Assembly (NCBI GenBank): GCA_041577295.1
Contig: JBFGJG010000039.1
Location: 1-40,155 of the forward strand
Reading direction: 5' to 3'
Source of the DNA: Gemmatimonadales bacterium
GTDB taxonomy: Bacteria; Gemmatimonadota; Gemmatimonadetes; Gemmatimonadales; GWC2-71-9
DNA length: 40,155 nt
This document shows positions 1 through 10,029 of the stretch, piece after piece. The notes under the pieces are model-generated. The model saw only the letters and a program-made list of their open reading frames with translations. It was not told where the DNA came from and did not search any database. A program made the position numbers and the translations under genes. Position 1 is the stretch's first letter, and each line of letters begins with the position of its first letter.

Positions 1-191
1 AGCTGCTCGAGCAATGCGGCCCCTCGTGGGTGGGACTGAAGAGCGCTGCTGACGACCACGCCGCGGAACTCCACCCCCGAAGCGAGAGCGTCCTCCACGA
101 GACGAATTCCCTCAGCCACCGCGAGGCCGCGTCGCTTGCGGCCTTTGCGCTGTTGTAGATTCCGTGTCAGGGTAACCAGATTGGACGCCAT
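1..191 (-). CDS. TrmH/SpoU-family RNA methyltransferase, N-terminal part (runs off window start)
   Basis: Manual translation from ATG 191: MASNLVTLTRNLQQRKGRKRRGLAVAEGIRLVEDALASGVEF..., matching the typical TrmH N-terminus (L..RK.R......EG.RLV..AL). Confidence 0.7.
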   Translation of the reverse strand, partial: MASNLVTLTRNLQQRKGRKRRGLAVAEGIRLVEDALASGVEFRGVVVSSALQSHPRGAALLEQ

Positions 192-260
192 GAACGTGGC
201 ACACAATGTGAGCAGCCAACGCGTATTCGCCAAGCACCGGATGGACGACTGCTCCGCCGC

Positions 261-1067
261 ATGAGGATCGCGCTGACCATTGCAGGATCCGATTCCGGCG
301 GGGGCGCTGGCATTCAGGCTGATCTCAAGACCTTTCATCAGTTTGGCGTGTTTGGCACGAGCGTGGTCGTGGCGATCACTGCCCAAAACACTCGCGGCGT
401 GAGCGACATTCACCCGATCCCCTTGAACACCGTCACCGCACAACTAGACGCGTTGGCTACGGATCTTCCGCCCAACGCCGTCAAGAGCGGCATGCTCGCC
501 ACCAGTCAGCTCGTGACGGCAGTTGGTGCGGCGATCGAGCGGCACGAGTTCCCGAACTACGTGTTGGATCCCGTCATGGTTGCCACCTCAGGCGACCGGC
601 TGCTCGATCGCGACGCGCAGCGCACGGTCGCGGATCGGCTCGTGCCCCGGGCAATCCTCGTAACGCCCAACCTCGACGAGGCGGAAATCCTGGTTGGCAA
701 GGAGGTTCGGTCGGTGGACGCGATGGAAGGGGCGGGCAAGACACTGGTGGAGATGGGCGCGGGAGCCGCACTCATCAAAGGCGGGCATCTCGATCGCGGA
801 GAGGTCATCGACGTGCTGGTGACCGGGCGGGCGTGCCGGCGGTTCATGCATCCTCGAATCGAGACGACGTCGACGCACGGCACCGGGTGCACGCTGTCAG
901 CGGCCATCGCGGCGGGCCTGGCCCATGAGCGGGAACTCGAGCGCGCCGTGGAGGACGCCCTCACGTTCGTGCACTGGGCCATCGCAACGGCGCCTGGACT
1001 CGGTGCCGGTCACGGCCCTTTGAACCACTTCGCGCAAGCGCCCCGCCGCGAGACGGTCCAGGGATGA
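261..1067 (+). CDS. thiD: hydroxymethylpyrimidine/phosphomethylpyrimidine kinase
   Basis: Motifs LTIAGSDSGGGAGIQADLKTF, VLDPVMVA, TPNLDEA, KGGH, THGTGCTLSAAI. Confidence 0.95.
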   Translation: MRIALTIAGSDSGGGAGIQADLKTFHQFGVFGTSVVVAITAQNTRGVSDIHPIPLNTVTAQLDALATDLPPNAVKSGMLATSQLVTAVGAAIERHEFPNYVLDPVMVATSGDRLLDRDAQRTVADRLVPRAILVTPNLDEAEILVGKEVRSVDAMEGAGKTLVEMGAGAALIKGGHLDRGEVIDVLVTGRACRRFMHPRIETTSTHGTGCTLSAAIAAGLAHERELERAVEDALTFVHWAIATAPGLGAGHGPLNHFAQAPRRETVQG

Positions 1068-2551
1068 GCACGGCTCCGGCGGTACCTAATGATGTTCGTG
1101 AGGCCGGCCTGCCACCGCGCGAACGCCAGATCTTTTGCAACCGGACGCTCAACCTTCGAGCCATCAAGGCGATCGGCTACGACATGGATTACACCCTCAT
1201 CCACTATCGGATTGAGGAGTGGGAGCGTCGAGCGTACGAGCACTTGCGGCAGAAGTTGATCGGGTTCAATTGGCCCGTCGAGCACTTGCAATTCGATCCT
1301 CTCCTCATCGTGCGGGGATTGATCGTTGACACGCAGCTCGGCAACCTGGTCAAGGCCAACCGCTTCGGGTACGTCAAGCGTGCGTTCCATGGCACGCGGC
1401 GTTTGAGTTTTGACGAGCAACGGGGACGCTACTCGAGAATCCTGGCGGATCTCAACGAGCCTCGCTTTCTTTTTCTCAACACACTCTTCTCGCTTTCAGA
1501 AGCGTGCATGTACGCGCAGTTGGTCGATTTGCTCGACGACGGCAAGATCCCGGGGGTCCTGGGCTATGCCGATCTCTACAAGGCGGTGCGGGCGTCGATC
1601 GATGAGGCACATATGGAGGGGCAGCTGAAAGCTGAGATCATCGCCCACCCCGATCGCTTCGTCGAACTCGACCCCGATCTCCCGTTGGCGATTCTCGACC
1701 AACGACACGCCGGCAAGAAGTTACTGTTGATCACCAACTCAGAGTGGAACTACACGAAAGCGATGATGGGCTACGCCTTCGATGAGTTCTTGCCGTCGGA
1801 CATGCGTTGGCGTGATCTGTTCGACGTGGTGATCGTCTCGGCGCGGAAACCGTCGTTCTTCTCCGATCCCAATCCAGCGTTTCAGGTCGTCAACGACGAC
1901 GGATTGCTGCGCCCGTCACCGTGGGGAATCCGTGCCAGCGGAATTTATCTCGGCGGTAGCGCGCCACAGGTAGAGGCGTACCTGGGGGCGTCGGGTGACG
2001 AGATCCTCTATGTGGGTGACCACCTCTACACCGATGTCCAGGTCTCGAAGAATATCTCGCGGTGGCGCACCGCCCTCGTGCTGCGTGAGCTCGAAGCCGA
2101 CTTTGTCGCGGCCAGCGCGTTCGAGCGCGAGCAGGGTCGTCTCACTGCGCTGATGAAGCAGAAGGAGCGCTTGGAGTACGAGATGTATCAGATTCGGTTG
2201 ACCCTCCAGCGAAGACGGGGAGGATACGGTCCATCGACAGGAACGTCTGCCGGTGCACTCGAACGGCGCTTGGCGGCCATTCGTGAGGAAATCGCGGGCC
2301 TGGATGGAGAGATCTCTCCGCTTGCGAGCTCAGCGAGTGTGCTCAGCAACCCCAACTGGGGACCGCTGATGCGAGCCGGTAATGACAAGAGTCACCTAGC
2401 ACGCCAAGTCGAACGCCACGCAGACATCTACATGTCCCGGGTGTCCAACTTTCTCTTCCAAACCCCATTCGGGTATTTGCGATCGCCGCGAGGCAGCTTG
2501 CCACACGACCCGGAGCCGGCAGCCGGCGCGGTGGAGGAAGAACAGGGCTAG
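1064..2551 (+). CDS. HAD-IG family (cN-II-like) 5'-nucleotidase
   Basis: IFCNRTL, GYDMDYTL (HAD motif I), LITNS, ARKP, YVGDHLYTD; start overlaps thiD stop (ATGA). Confidence 0.9.
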   Translation: MSTAPAVPNDVREAGLPPRERQIFCNRTLNLRAIKAIGYDMDYTLIHYRIEEWERRAYEHLRQKLIGFNWPVEHLQFDPLLIVRGLIVDTQLGNLVKANRFGYVKRAFHGTRRLSFDEQRGRYSRILADLNEPRFLFLNTLFSLSEACMYAQLVDLLDDGKIPGVLGYADLYKAVRASIDEAHMEGQLKAEIIAHPDRFVELDPDLPLAILDQRHAGKKLLLITNSEWNYTKAMMGYAFDEFLPSDMRWRDLFDVVIVSARKPSFFSDPNPAFQVVNDDGLLRPSPWGIRASGIYLGGSAPQVEAYLGASGDEILYVGDHLYTDVQVSKNISRWRTALVLRELEADFVAASAFEREQGRLTALMKQKERLEYEMYQIRLTLQRRRGGYGPSTGTSAGALERRLAAIREEIAGLDGEISPLASSASVLSNPNWGPLMRAGNDKSHLARQVERHADIYMSRVSNFLFQTPFGYLRSPRGSLPHDPEPAAGAVEEEQG

Positions 2552-2553
2552 CC

Positions 2554-2982
2554 TTACCCCTCCATCAATCTTCCGGGTCGGTTCATTACCAACACGGCGA
2601 GCGCAGCACCCACGACGCCAATCAGCATCACGAGATCGCCGGTGAGAAACCAGCAGATGGCGCCGGTCATGGCGATGCCCTCCGCGATGGCCCACACGAG
2701 AACGATCTTGCCACTTTCCTGGACCCACCAGGAGCGCCGGTCCGCACCCGCGCCGAGGGGAGTGATGCGCGCGCGGACAACACGCATCATCACATAACCT
2801 CCTACCAGCAACGCCAGCGCCGCGAGGCGAAGCAGAGGCGTGAGATCGGCTGGCGGGTCGAGGGACACCGTTGTGCGCACGACACCCAGCACCACCACAG
2901 TGAGCGCAACACCGAACACGAGAATCCGGTGCAACGTCGGGAACACGCGTTCGGGCGTCGAGGGAGCATCGATGCGGGACAT
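2554..2982 (-). CDS. hypothetical 4-TM membrane protein
   Basis: Four hydrophobic segments; ATG 2982 preceded by GAAGGAG; convergent with the nucleotidase. Confidence 0.7.
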   Translation of the reverse strand: MSRIDAPSTPERVFPTLHRILVFGVALTVVVLGVVRTTVSLDPPADLTPLLRLAALALLVGGYVMMRVVRARITPLGAGADRRSWWVQESGKIVLVWAIAEGIAMTGAICWFLTGDLVMLIGVVGAALAVLVMNRPGRLMEG

Positions 2983-3050
2983 CAGGCCATCTCCTTCATG
3001 ACGGTACCGGCCGGACATGCGCGCGGACGCACATTCCTTTAGTATCGGGC

Positions 3051-3776
3051 GTGACCGTCGACCCGCCGAGTCCCCAACTCAAGGCCCGCAAACCGTTCCT
3101 CACTGCGCGGTGGGCAAACCTGTTGCTCGTGACCTTTCCGGTGCCTGAGGAACTCGTGCGGCGGGTGATCCACCCGGCGCTCGAGCCAGACCGGTGGGAG
3201 GATCATGCGCTGGTCAGCCTCGTGGCGTTCGAGTTTATGAACACGCGCATCAAGGGTTGTCGGATCCCGCGGTTTTCCACCTTTCCCGAGGTTAACCTTC
3301 GCACATACGTCCGCCACGCGTTTGGCCGAGGCGTCGTGTTCATTCAGGAGCTCGTCCCGTCGCGGCTCGTTGCGCTGGTTGCGCGTGCGCGTTACAACGA
3401 GCCGTATCACGCGATCGCGATGTCGAGCCGCACCAGGAGTGAGGATGGTGCGATCGTAGTGACCCACCGATTTGGCCGGTATCGCCTTCGGGTGACTGGT
3501 TCCAAAACGACAACGACGCCTGCGGTTGGTTCGCTCGAGCACTTCATAAAGGAACACGAGTGGGGGTTTGGAAAACGGCGGGACGGGAAGCTGCTTCAGT
3601 ACCGAGTCGACCATCCCGTGTGGTGTGTGCGTCAGATTCAACACATTGATTATGACGTCGACTTTCGCGCCTTGTACGGCACACGGTGGGGGTTCCTCAA
3701 CCAGCGAACCCCCCTTTCCACGATCTTCGCCGTTGGCTCAGAAGTGAGCGTGTACCCGCCGCGGCTCGTCCACTAA
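3051..3776 (+). CDS. DUF2071/YqjF-like protein (acetoacetate decarboxylase-like fold)
   Basis: FLTARWANL, VSLVAFEF, FPEVNLRTYV, FIKEHEWG, YRVDHPVW patterns. Confidence 0.75.
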   Translation: MTVDPPSPQLKARKPFLTARWANLLLVTFPVPEELVRRVIHPALEPDRWEDHALVSLVAFEFMNTRIKGCRIPRFSTFPEVNLRTYVRHAFGRGVVFIQELVPSRLVALVARARYNEPYHAIAMSSRTRSEDGAIVVTHRFGRYRLRVTGSKTTTTPAVGSLEHFIKEHEWGFGKRRDGKLLQYRVDHPVWCVRQIQHIDYDVDFRALYGTRWGFLNQRTPLSTIFAVGSEVSVYPPRLVH

Positions 3777-3778
3777 CC

Positions 3779-5236
3779 TCACGGGGGCGGCTGACCCGTC
3801 ACGACCTTGACGAGTTGTCCGCGGGTCAACGGTGTAGTTGGCTCCATCTGATTGAGCAGTGCCACTGTTTCGATCGAGACAGGCGATGAGCGCTCGGCCA
3901 CGAGCTCCGAGAGGCTCATAGCGCGCGGGGCCTCGACGACGTCCAGCCGAAGAGGCTGAACTGCGAGGGCCTCGCGGTCGGTCAGCCGGTCAAAGCTGGC
4001 AATGGAGCCACGGACAACCTGTTCGTACAGGTTCCACCGTTCACGCGGGGCATAGCCCATCAGTCGATAGATACTGCCCTGGAAGGCGATGAAAACGACG
4101 AACCCTTCAAGGACACCGTCCTGGGTCTGAGCGCGGAAGGCGGTGCTCGCCGCGTCGTGACCGTTGATGTCACCGGTCCGAATCGACCCACCCGAGACAC
4201 CCTCCTGCGACAGAAACTCCTGCGCTGCGGACCGGGGCGACGTTGCGCCGGTAGCGAGCGTCAGCGCGAAGAGCGCGTCGCGGTTCGGAGCCTGGCCCAG
4301 CACCGCTGTCTTTTGATTCATGGTGCGCCAGTTTTGCGGAAACGTCAGCTGAAACTGCAGGTCCGGGTGGAGAAAGTTCTGACCCCGGAAGTATCCCTCG
4401 CGGGGATTGGGACCGTAGATCAGGCCATCGATTCGCCGTAGGTATTCTTCGCGTCGCACTACGGTGGCCGAGAAATCTTGGATCGGCAACGCTGCGATCT
4501 TCTCCTGGAGACGCTCCTGCCGATCTTCGGGGTCAGGGTGCGTGGAGAGCCACCCCGGTACCCGTTCGGCGCCGCTCGCCCGACTCACGCGATCGAGCAT
4601 GGCGAAAACGTTGGGAAGCTCGCGAGGGTCGTAGCTGGTGCGGTACATGTAGCGCAGACCCAAATCGTCCGCTTGGCGTTCGTCGTCGCGACTGAATCGC
4701 AGAAACATCAGTTGGAGCCCCGCGCTCGCGGCGCCCGCCCAGTCCTGGAGGTCCGGGACGAGGATCATCCCCGCGACGAGACCCACCCCAGCCAGCGTCT
4801 GTCTCGTCATCTGCGCAGCCGAGTGACGCGCGGTAACGTGTCCGATCTCGTGGCCGGCGACCCCGGCGAGCTCGGCTTCCGAGTTGAAGTACGCGAGAAT
4901 CCCTCGCGTGACGTAGTTGAATCCCCCCGGTAGGGCAAAGGCGTTGACGACCGGATCGTCCAAAACGCGGAAGGTCCAGGGCAAATCTGGGCGTTCAGAC
5001 GCGGCAGCCAGGCGGTTACCAATTCCCCGGTAGTACTCCTGCAGCCCTGAATCGGGGACCAAGCCGAATTGGGCCACGATTTCCGGGTCTGCCTGTCGTC
5101 CCATGGCGACTTCTTGTCCCTCGCTCACCAACATCAGCTGGCGCTGACCGGTGGCGGGATTTGTGGCGCAGGCCGCAACCGCGCTGGCCATAACCATGAG
5201 CAACGTTGCGCGGGAGGGAACCCAACGACTGATCAT
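3779..5236 (-). CDS. M48-family zinc metalloprotease lipoprotein
   Basis: Lipobox VAAC-ATNPATG, NAFALPGG, HEIGH, E.QAD, STHP. Confidence 0.9.
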   Translation of the reverse strand: MISRWVPSRATLLMVMASAVAACATNPATGQRQLMLVSEGQEVAMGRQADPEIVAQFGLVPDSGLQEYYRGIGNRLAAASERPDLPWTFRVLDDPVVNAFALPGGFNYVTRGILAYFNSEAELAGVAGHEIGHVTARHSAAQMTRQTLAGVGLVAGMILVPDLQDWAGAASAGLQLMFLRFSRDDERQADDLGLRYMYRTSYDPRELPNVFAMLDRVSRASGAERVPGWLSTHPDPEDRQERLQEKIAALPIQDFSATVVRREEYLRRIDGLIYGPNPREGYFRGQNFLHPDLQFQLTFPQNWRTMNQKTAVLGQAPNRDALFALTLATGATSPRSAAQEFLSQEGVSGGSIRTGDINGHDAASTAFRAQTQDGVLEGFVVFIAFQGSIYRLMGYAPRERWNLYEQVVRGSIASFDRLTDREALAVQPLRLDVVEAPRAMSLSELVAERSSPVSIETVALLNQMEPTTPLTRGQLVKVVTGQPPP

Positions 5237-5419
5237 ACGACCTAGTCTCCGAAGAAAGCTGTAGTTGATAATCAGGTAACAGTGACTAGGAGGCAGGAAT
5301 TCGGCAACCGTTGCTTCGGCGTCGGGGGCGTCGTGAGCCCGGGCACCCTTGAGGATGGTGAAAGTTGGTGGGATGGTCGATCGCGGTCATCGGCCACATG
5401 CCAGAGTCTCCGCATGCGA

Positions 5420-6205
5420 TCAGCGCTGCAGCAGGATCTCCTCGAACAACGCGACGGCTCGTGGATCGCCACTTTCGCCGAGCCAAAAAAGCGCCTTCCT
5501 ACGGATTCGCGCACTTGGATGTGACCGCGCGAGGCGTATGAGCGTCGGTATCGCCTCGTCGTCCGGTAGCTGCGAGAGCGCAAACACCGCGTGCTCTCGG
5601 ACCTTGAGATCGGCGTCGGCGTCGTCCACGATCTCTTCGAGCCCGCGGGTGGCTTCTTCTCCAGCCGATTGGCCCAGCCAAAAGACGGCGTTGCGGCGGA
5701 TGCCCCGTGGAAGGTTCTCGTCTCTGGCGATCTCTAACAGGCGGGGCCAGACTGTTGCGCTATCGGCAAGGACGGCGGGAACGATCGCCTCTTTCCCGGC
5801 ACCGCTCGCCGCCGTGGCGACTAGCGAGAGGAGATACTCCGCTGCTTCCGGTGCCGAGACCGTTCCGAGGTCGGTGACGTCAGGCGCGGGCCTCCATCGA
5901 CCCCCGACATACGTATCGATGTTGAATACTTGCCCATCGCGCAGGTGCAGCACGATGCGCACCGGGCCATCCTCACACCAACTCTCCCAGTCATCGGTGC
6001 GTCGAGTGGTGCGAACGTTATGCCCGTCACCGCACACACCCGGCTTGGCCGCAAAGCTCAGACGCACCGTCCCCGTGCCAACCCTTGCAACGCGATCGAC
6101 GACCCCCTGTGCGATCGCGTGACCCGGGATCATCAGCACCGCGATCACTCCGAAGGGCAAAACAGCTGGCAACCACCGGCAAACGTCCACTCGCACAGAA
6201 TTCAC
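5420..6205 (-). CDS. exported HEAT-repeat protein
   Basis: Signal-like N-terminus ending AIA-Q; repeats RRNAVFWLGQ, REHAVFALSQ, RRKALFWLGE. Confidence 0.8.
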   Translation of the reverse strand: MNSVRVDVCRWLPAVLPFGVIAVLMIPGHAIAQGVVDRVARVGTGTVRLSFAAKPGVCGDGHNVRTTRRTDDWESWCEDGPVRIVLHLRDGQVFNIDTYVGGRWRPAPDVTDLGTVSAPEAAEYLLSLVATAASGAGKEAIVPAVLADSATVWPRLLEIARDENLPRGIRRNAVFWLGQSAGEEATRGLEEIVDDADADLKVREHAVFALSQLPDDEAIPTLIRLARSHPSARIRRKALFWLGESGDPRAVALFEEILLQR

Positions 6206-6250
6206 ATTTCTCTCGCAATCCCTGAATCGCCGCTATTCCCTCTATCACTT

Positions 6251-7807
6251 CTATCTGTTGATGATCTCCAAAAGGAACTGTGCCACTCGCGGATCTCCCG
6301 ACTGACCTAGCCAGAAGATCGCCTTTCGGCGCAGTTCGGGATCGGAGTCGTCACGCGCTATCGTCATTAGTTTGTCGATGGCTTCCGATTCATGCCGTTG
6401 CGAGTACACGAAGATGAGCTGTTCACGTATCTCTCGCTCGTCCATCGAATCGTACAGACGAACCAGATCCCTAATTGAAACCCCACTCTCTCCCGCCCAA
6501 AACAGCGCTTTCTTGCGGACGTCGATGGTCTCGCTCCGGTCCGCGGCACGCGCCAAAAGCCACTGCTGACTCTCGGCACTGTGCGTCTGCGAGATAGCGA
6601 AGATGGCCTTTTCCTTGAGTTCTGGAACCTGCAGCCGGGTGTACAGCTCGCGGAGATACGCGTGTTGCGCGTTCCCGCCCTGCTGGCCGAGCCAGAAGAT
6701 CGCGTCGCCCCGCAAGTCCACCGGCGCGTCGCGACGTTCGGCGAATGCCCGCAACGAACGGGCAGCGCGTTCGCTGTGGTGTTGCGACAGCGCAAAGATT
6801 GCCTTCTTCTGGACGTCACGATCCGTCGAGCCACGGAGGATCGAGTCCAGTGCGGTGACCGCTCGCTCGGTGGGCACTTGGGACAACCAGAACACGGCTT
6901 GCGCACGCACTTCCGTGTCGGGATCGTTCCGAGCCGCGTCCAGCAGAATGTCTTCTGTCTCCGCCGTGCGCTGTTGGGAGACGAGGAACACCGCCTTCCG
7001 CCGCAGCTCGACCGATCCTGCATCGCGCCGAGCCAAGACGGCTTTGAGAATCGGGACCGCACGCCCGGCGTCCATGTGCAGGAGGGCGTTGAGCGCCGCA
7101 ATCCGCATGTCATCACTTGATTGCGCATCGCCGGGAGCGCGGGGTGCACCGCTGGGTCGCGGCGCGGCCGCTGGGCTGGGTGGTCCACCGGGCGTCGGAG
7201 GTGGCGGTGCCAGCGGCGCCACGGTCTCCGTCAACCGCTGGGCTGCATCGGGGTCACCCTGCGCGGCCAGGCGCCCCTGGATCCGTGTGGCCAGGACGTT
7301 GGCCTGACTGCGGGTAGGCGCATTGGCATGTGCGCGCGCCTGCTGCTCCAACAGCTCCGCCGCAACACGTAGCCGATCGGTGCTTCCCGTGCGATACAGT
7401 GCAAACGCCTCCCAGTAGAACGAGTCCGGTGTATAGTCCGACCGTGGAAAGCGCTCGCGGATCCGACGGAACAACGTTGCGGCGCGTTCGTAGTTGCCGC
7501 GGTTCAATTCTTCGCGCGCTTCTCGATATAGAGAATCGGCCGGATCCTGTGGGAAGATTTCGAGCTGCGGTAACGCGAGCTGCGCTTCCTGGAGCGGTGC
7601 GTCGAACCCCGCAGATGGCTGCGCATGTGTACGCGGCGCCCGAGCAACCCGCGCCCCGCGAGCCATTCGAGTTTCCAGGCTCGTAACCGCGCTGTTCGCT
7701 CGCGGAGCGACCGCCTGCCCCACTACCGCATCGGCCTTCCCCAAACCGCCGATTGCAATGACCATGGTCGTCCACGCGACCCCACGTCTAATCGTCGTCT
7801 GCAACAT
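6251..7807 (-). CDS. TPR + HEAT-repeat exported protein
   Basis: TPR-like LYREAREELNRGNYERAA...YWEAFALYR, Pro-rich linker, then about 8 R/K-x-x-A-I/V-F-x-L-S/G-Q repeats. Confidence 0.8.
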   Translation of the reverse strand: MLQTTIRRGVAWTTMVIAIGGLGKADAVVGQAVAPRANSAVTSLETRMARGARVARAPRTHAQPSAGFDAPLQEAQLALPQLEIFPQDPADSLYREAREELNRGNYERAATLFRRIRERFPRSDYTPDSFYWEAFALYRTGSTDRLRVAAELLEQQARAHANAPTRSQANVLATRIQGRLAAQGDPDAAQRLTETVAPLAPPPPTPGGPPSPAAAPRPSGAPRAPGDAQSSDDMRIAALNALLHMDAGRAVPILKAVLARRDAGSVELRRKAVFLVSQQRTAETEDILLDAARNDPDTEVRAQAVFWLSQVPTERAVTALDSILRGSTDRDVQKKAIFALSQHHSERAARSLRAFAERRDAPVDLRGDAIFWLGQQGGNAQHAYLRELYTRLQVPELKEKAIFAISQTHSAESQQWLLARAADRSETIDVRKKALFWAGESGVSIRDLVRLYDSMDEREIREQLIFVYSQRHESEAIDKLMTIARDDSDPELRRKAIFWLGQSGDPRVAQFLLEIINR

Positions 7808-7809
7808 GA

Positions 7810-8469
7810 TCAGAGAGCTCCTTGTATTCCTGCTGAACCGGCGTGCATCGCTGCCTGCAACTTGAGCAACACGCCGCGTTGTTCCATTCCGCGATCGATG
7901 AATTCCAGTTCCTGAGGTGACTGTCCCACCGCGTACTGCGCTATCTGTGTCAACACAAGTTCCACATCCTCGAGCAGCGTTCGCAGCCGTACATCATCGG
8001 ATGCAGGTGAGTCGAGGAGGAGCTGTGTGGTCACGAGGAGATTCCCGGCAGGCGCGATCGTGCCTTCATCCGCCCGGCCCGATCGGGCCTCCAGCTGAAA
8101 AACCGTGAGAAAGGTCTCGACCCGCCTGAGGTGATCGGTCGCCGCCACCCGATACGCCGTCGCCGGCACGCCGGCCGCTCCGTCAGCGGGATCACTCGTC
8201 GCGATGGTCACCGCCGCGCCAGGTTCGCGCGGGAGAAATCGGCCGATCCCGATCCCCACAAGCAGCGCAGCGGCGATACCCAACCCCCACCACCTCACCG
8301 ACGGCATACGTCCGCCAAGTCTGTGGACCACGGCGGGGTGTCTCGCCTTGCGGCGCTCGGCCAGCTCGCCTTCGATCTGTGCCCACATCTCCGCTCTCGG
8401 CGTCTCCGGGGGACGGTGATAGTCCTGTCCCGCCTGGCGCACGAAGCGTTCGAACCGATCTTCCGTCAT
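7810..8469 (-). CDS. putative single-pass anti-sigma factor
   Basis: Overlaps sigma stop (ATGA); PP..P...MW..IE N-terminus then TM helix WWGLGIAAALLVGIGIG. Confidence 0.65.
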   Translation of the reverse strand: MTEDRFERFVRQAGQDYHRPPETPRAEMWAQIEGELAERRKARHPAVVHRLGGRMPSVRWWGLGIAAALLVGIGIGRFLPREPGAAVTIATSDPADGAAGVPATAYRVAATDHLRRVETFLTVFQLEARSGRADEGTIAPAGNLLVTTQLLLDSPASDDVRLRTLLEDVELVLTQIAQYAVGQSPQELEFIDRGMEQRGVLLKLQAAMHAGSAGIQGAL

Positions 8470-9011
8470 ACCGCCCACTCCGGCGCGAACGCCGCCAGGG
8501 ACTGCCGCAGTCGCGCGCGTGCTCGAGACAACTGTGCCTTCGATGTCCCGGGTTGAACACCGAGCGCACCGGCAATCTCTTCGTGCGTATACCCCTCGAT
8601 ATCGTGCATCACGAACACCATTCGATACTTTTCCGGTAGGGCGTCGATCGCGCCGTGGAGCTTCGTCTTGAGATCGGGGTCGGCCCGCCGACCTGAACTG
8701 GCCATCACACCCACGTCGTCCAGTGCTACCTCTCGTCGGCGAAACCGCTTCACCTTCCGCATCCCGTTTAGAATCACTCTCGTTGCCACTGCGTACAGCC
8801 AGGTTCCAATCGAGGCATCCCCGCGGAACTGGTCGATCTTCTCGAAGACGCGTATGAACGCGTCTTGCGTGAAGTCTCGCGCGAGCTCGTCATCGCCAGT
8901 CATGCGGTGAGCCAAACGGTACACCTTGTCGACGTGTGCGTCGTACAGTGTTCGCTGTGCCTCGGGCTCACCGGCGCGAAGCCGCGCCACCAGTTCCGTT
9001 TCGTCCACCAA
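8466..9011 (-). CDS. ECF-type RNA polymerase sigma-70 factor
   Basis: Region 2 (DFTQDAF, FRGDASIGTWLYAVA) and region 4 (LPEKYR...EGYTHEEIA..LG...GTSKAQLSRAR). Confidence 0.93.
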   Translation of the reverse strand: MVDETELVARLRAGEPEAQRTLYDAHVDKVYRLAHRMTGDDELARDFTQDAFIRVFEKIDQFRGDASIGTWLYAVATRVILNGMRKVKRFRRREVALDDVGVMASSGRRADPDLKTKLHGAIDALPEKYRMVFVMHDIEGYTHEEIAGALGVQPGTSKAQLSRARARLRQSLAAFAPEWAV

Positions 9012-9049
9012 CCCCTCGAGCTCGTTGGGTTAACCGGTTCCGCTTTGTG

Positions 9050-9076
9050 AGACACAAAATTGGGGAAAAGGGTTGC
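9050..9076 (-). promoter_or_regulatory. putative ECF-sigma autoregulatory promoter
   Basis: Minus strand GCAACC-cttttccccaattttgt-GTCT (AAC-N17-TGTC) about 40 nt upstream of the sigma gene; fits the general ECF AAC/CGT architecture. Confidence 0.45.
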
Positions 9077-9162
9077 GGAGCGACAAGAAGGCTCTGGGAG
9101 GCGAAGCAACAGATTTGACTCGCGGGGCTTGGAGCAGAGCCAAGCGGCGATCTGGAAAGGGG

Positions 9163-10029
9163 TTACCGGAGTGCCGCGACGACCCCCCGGACCAGGGTTT
9201 CGAGATCGTGGGCCACCGCTTTCCCAGCCTCGAGCACTTCGTGGTGGGTGACCGGGTGCGGCGAGAGCCCCGAGCCAAAGTTGGCGATCGTCGAAATGCC
9301 AAGCACCCGCATACCCCGGCTCTTGGCAACGGTCACCTCGGGCACGGTGGACATGCCGACCGCGTCCGCCCCCAACCGCGCAAGCATGCGGATCTCGGCA
9401 GGTGTTTCAAAGCTCGGGCCGAGCACGGCCGCGTACACCCCCTCCTCGACGCGGATCCCACGCGATCGCGCCACATCGCGGGCCAGCGCGATCAGCTTCC
9501 GGTCGTACGGCTCCGACATGTCCGGAAAGCGTTCTTCATCGGCGAGCACCGGCCCACGCAGGGACGAGCGCCACATCAGGTTGAGGTGATCGACAATTAA
9601 CATCAGCACCGGAGGAACGAAGGTGTGTCGGACTCCCCCCGCGGCATTTGTGACGATCAAGGTACCAATACCAATCGCCGAGAACACCCGCACCGGGAGC
9701 GCGACCTTGGCCGGATCGTGCCCCTCGTACATGTGGAAGCGTCCGCTCTGCAGGAGTACCGGCACGCCCCCGAGCTCGCCGAGCACCAACTCGCCGCTGT
9801 GCCCAACGACGCCTGGACTGGGGAACCCGGGGATTTTGCGATAGGGAATCTTCCGGGGTTTGCGAACCGATGCCGCGAGCCCGCCAAGCCCCGAACCGAG
9901 CACAATGGCCACGCGGGGTTGCGTGGAGCCGAGACGATCGCGTACCACCCGCGCTGCGAGTTCGACCTCATTGCCGCCACTACCGGTGGGACCGCTGGCA
10001 CGCTTTCGTCGTCTTCCCTTGATGCTCAT
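9163..10029 (-). CDS. punA: purine-nucleoside phosphorylase (PNP I family)
   Basis: IVLGSGLG, GHSG, GRFHMYEG, TNAAGG, GPSFETPAE, VGMSTVPE; ATG 10029 with AAAGGA upstream (GTG 10089/10092 also possible). Confidence 0.92.
   Translation of the reverse strand: MSIKGRRRKRASGPTGSGGNEVELAARVVRDRLGSTQPRVAIVLGSGLGGLAASVRKPRKIPYRKIPGFPSPGVVGHSGELVLGELGGVPVLLQSGRFHMYEGHDPAKVALPVRVFSAIGIGTLIVTNAAGGVRHTFVPPVLMLIVDHLNLMWRSSLRGPVLADEERFPDMSEPYDRKLIALARDVARSRGIRVEEGVYAAVLGPSFETPAEIRMLARLGADAVGMSTVPEVTVAKSRGMRVLGISTIANFGSGLSPHPVTHHEVLEAGKAVAHDLETLVRGVVAALR

Noticed and set aside
192..260. TPP riboswitch upstream of thiD
   Set aside because: The gap is only about 70 nt and I found no CTGAGA/CCTGA core.
5237..5419. 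Possible structured RNA upstream of the M48 protease (CCTAGTC...GACTAGG pairing near the RBS)
   Set aside because: Only a 7-bp long-range stem and no recognisable RNA family; insufficient support.
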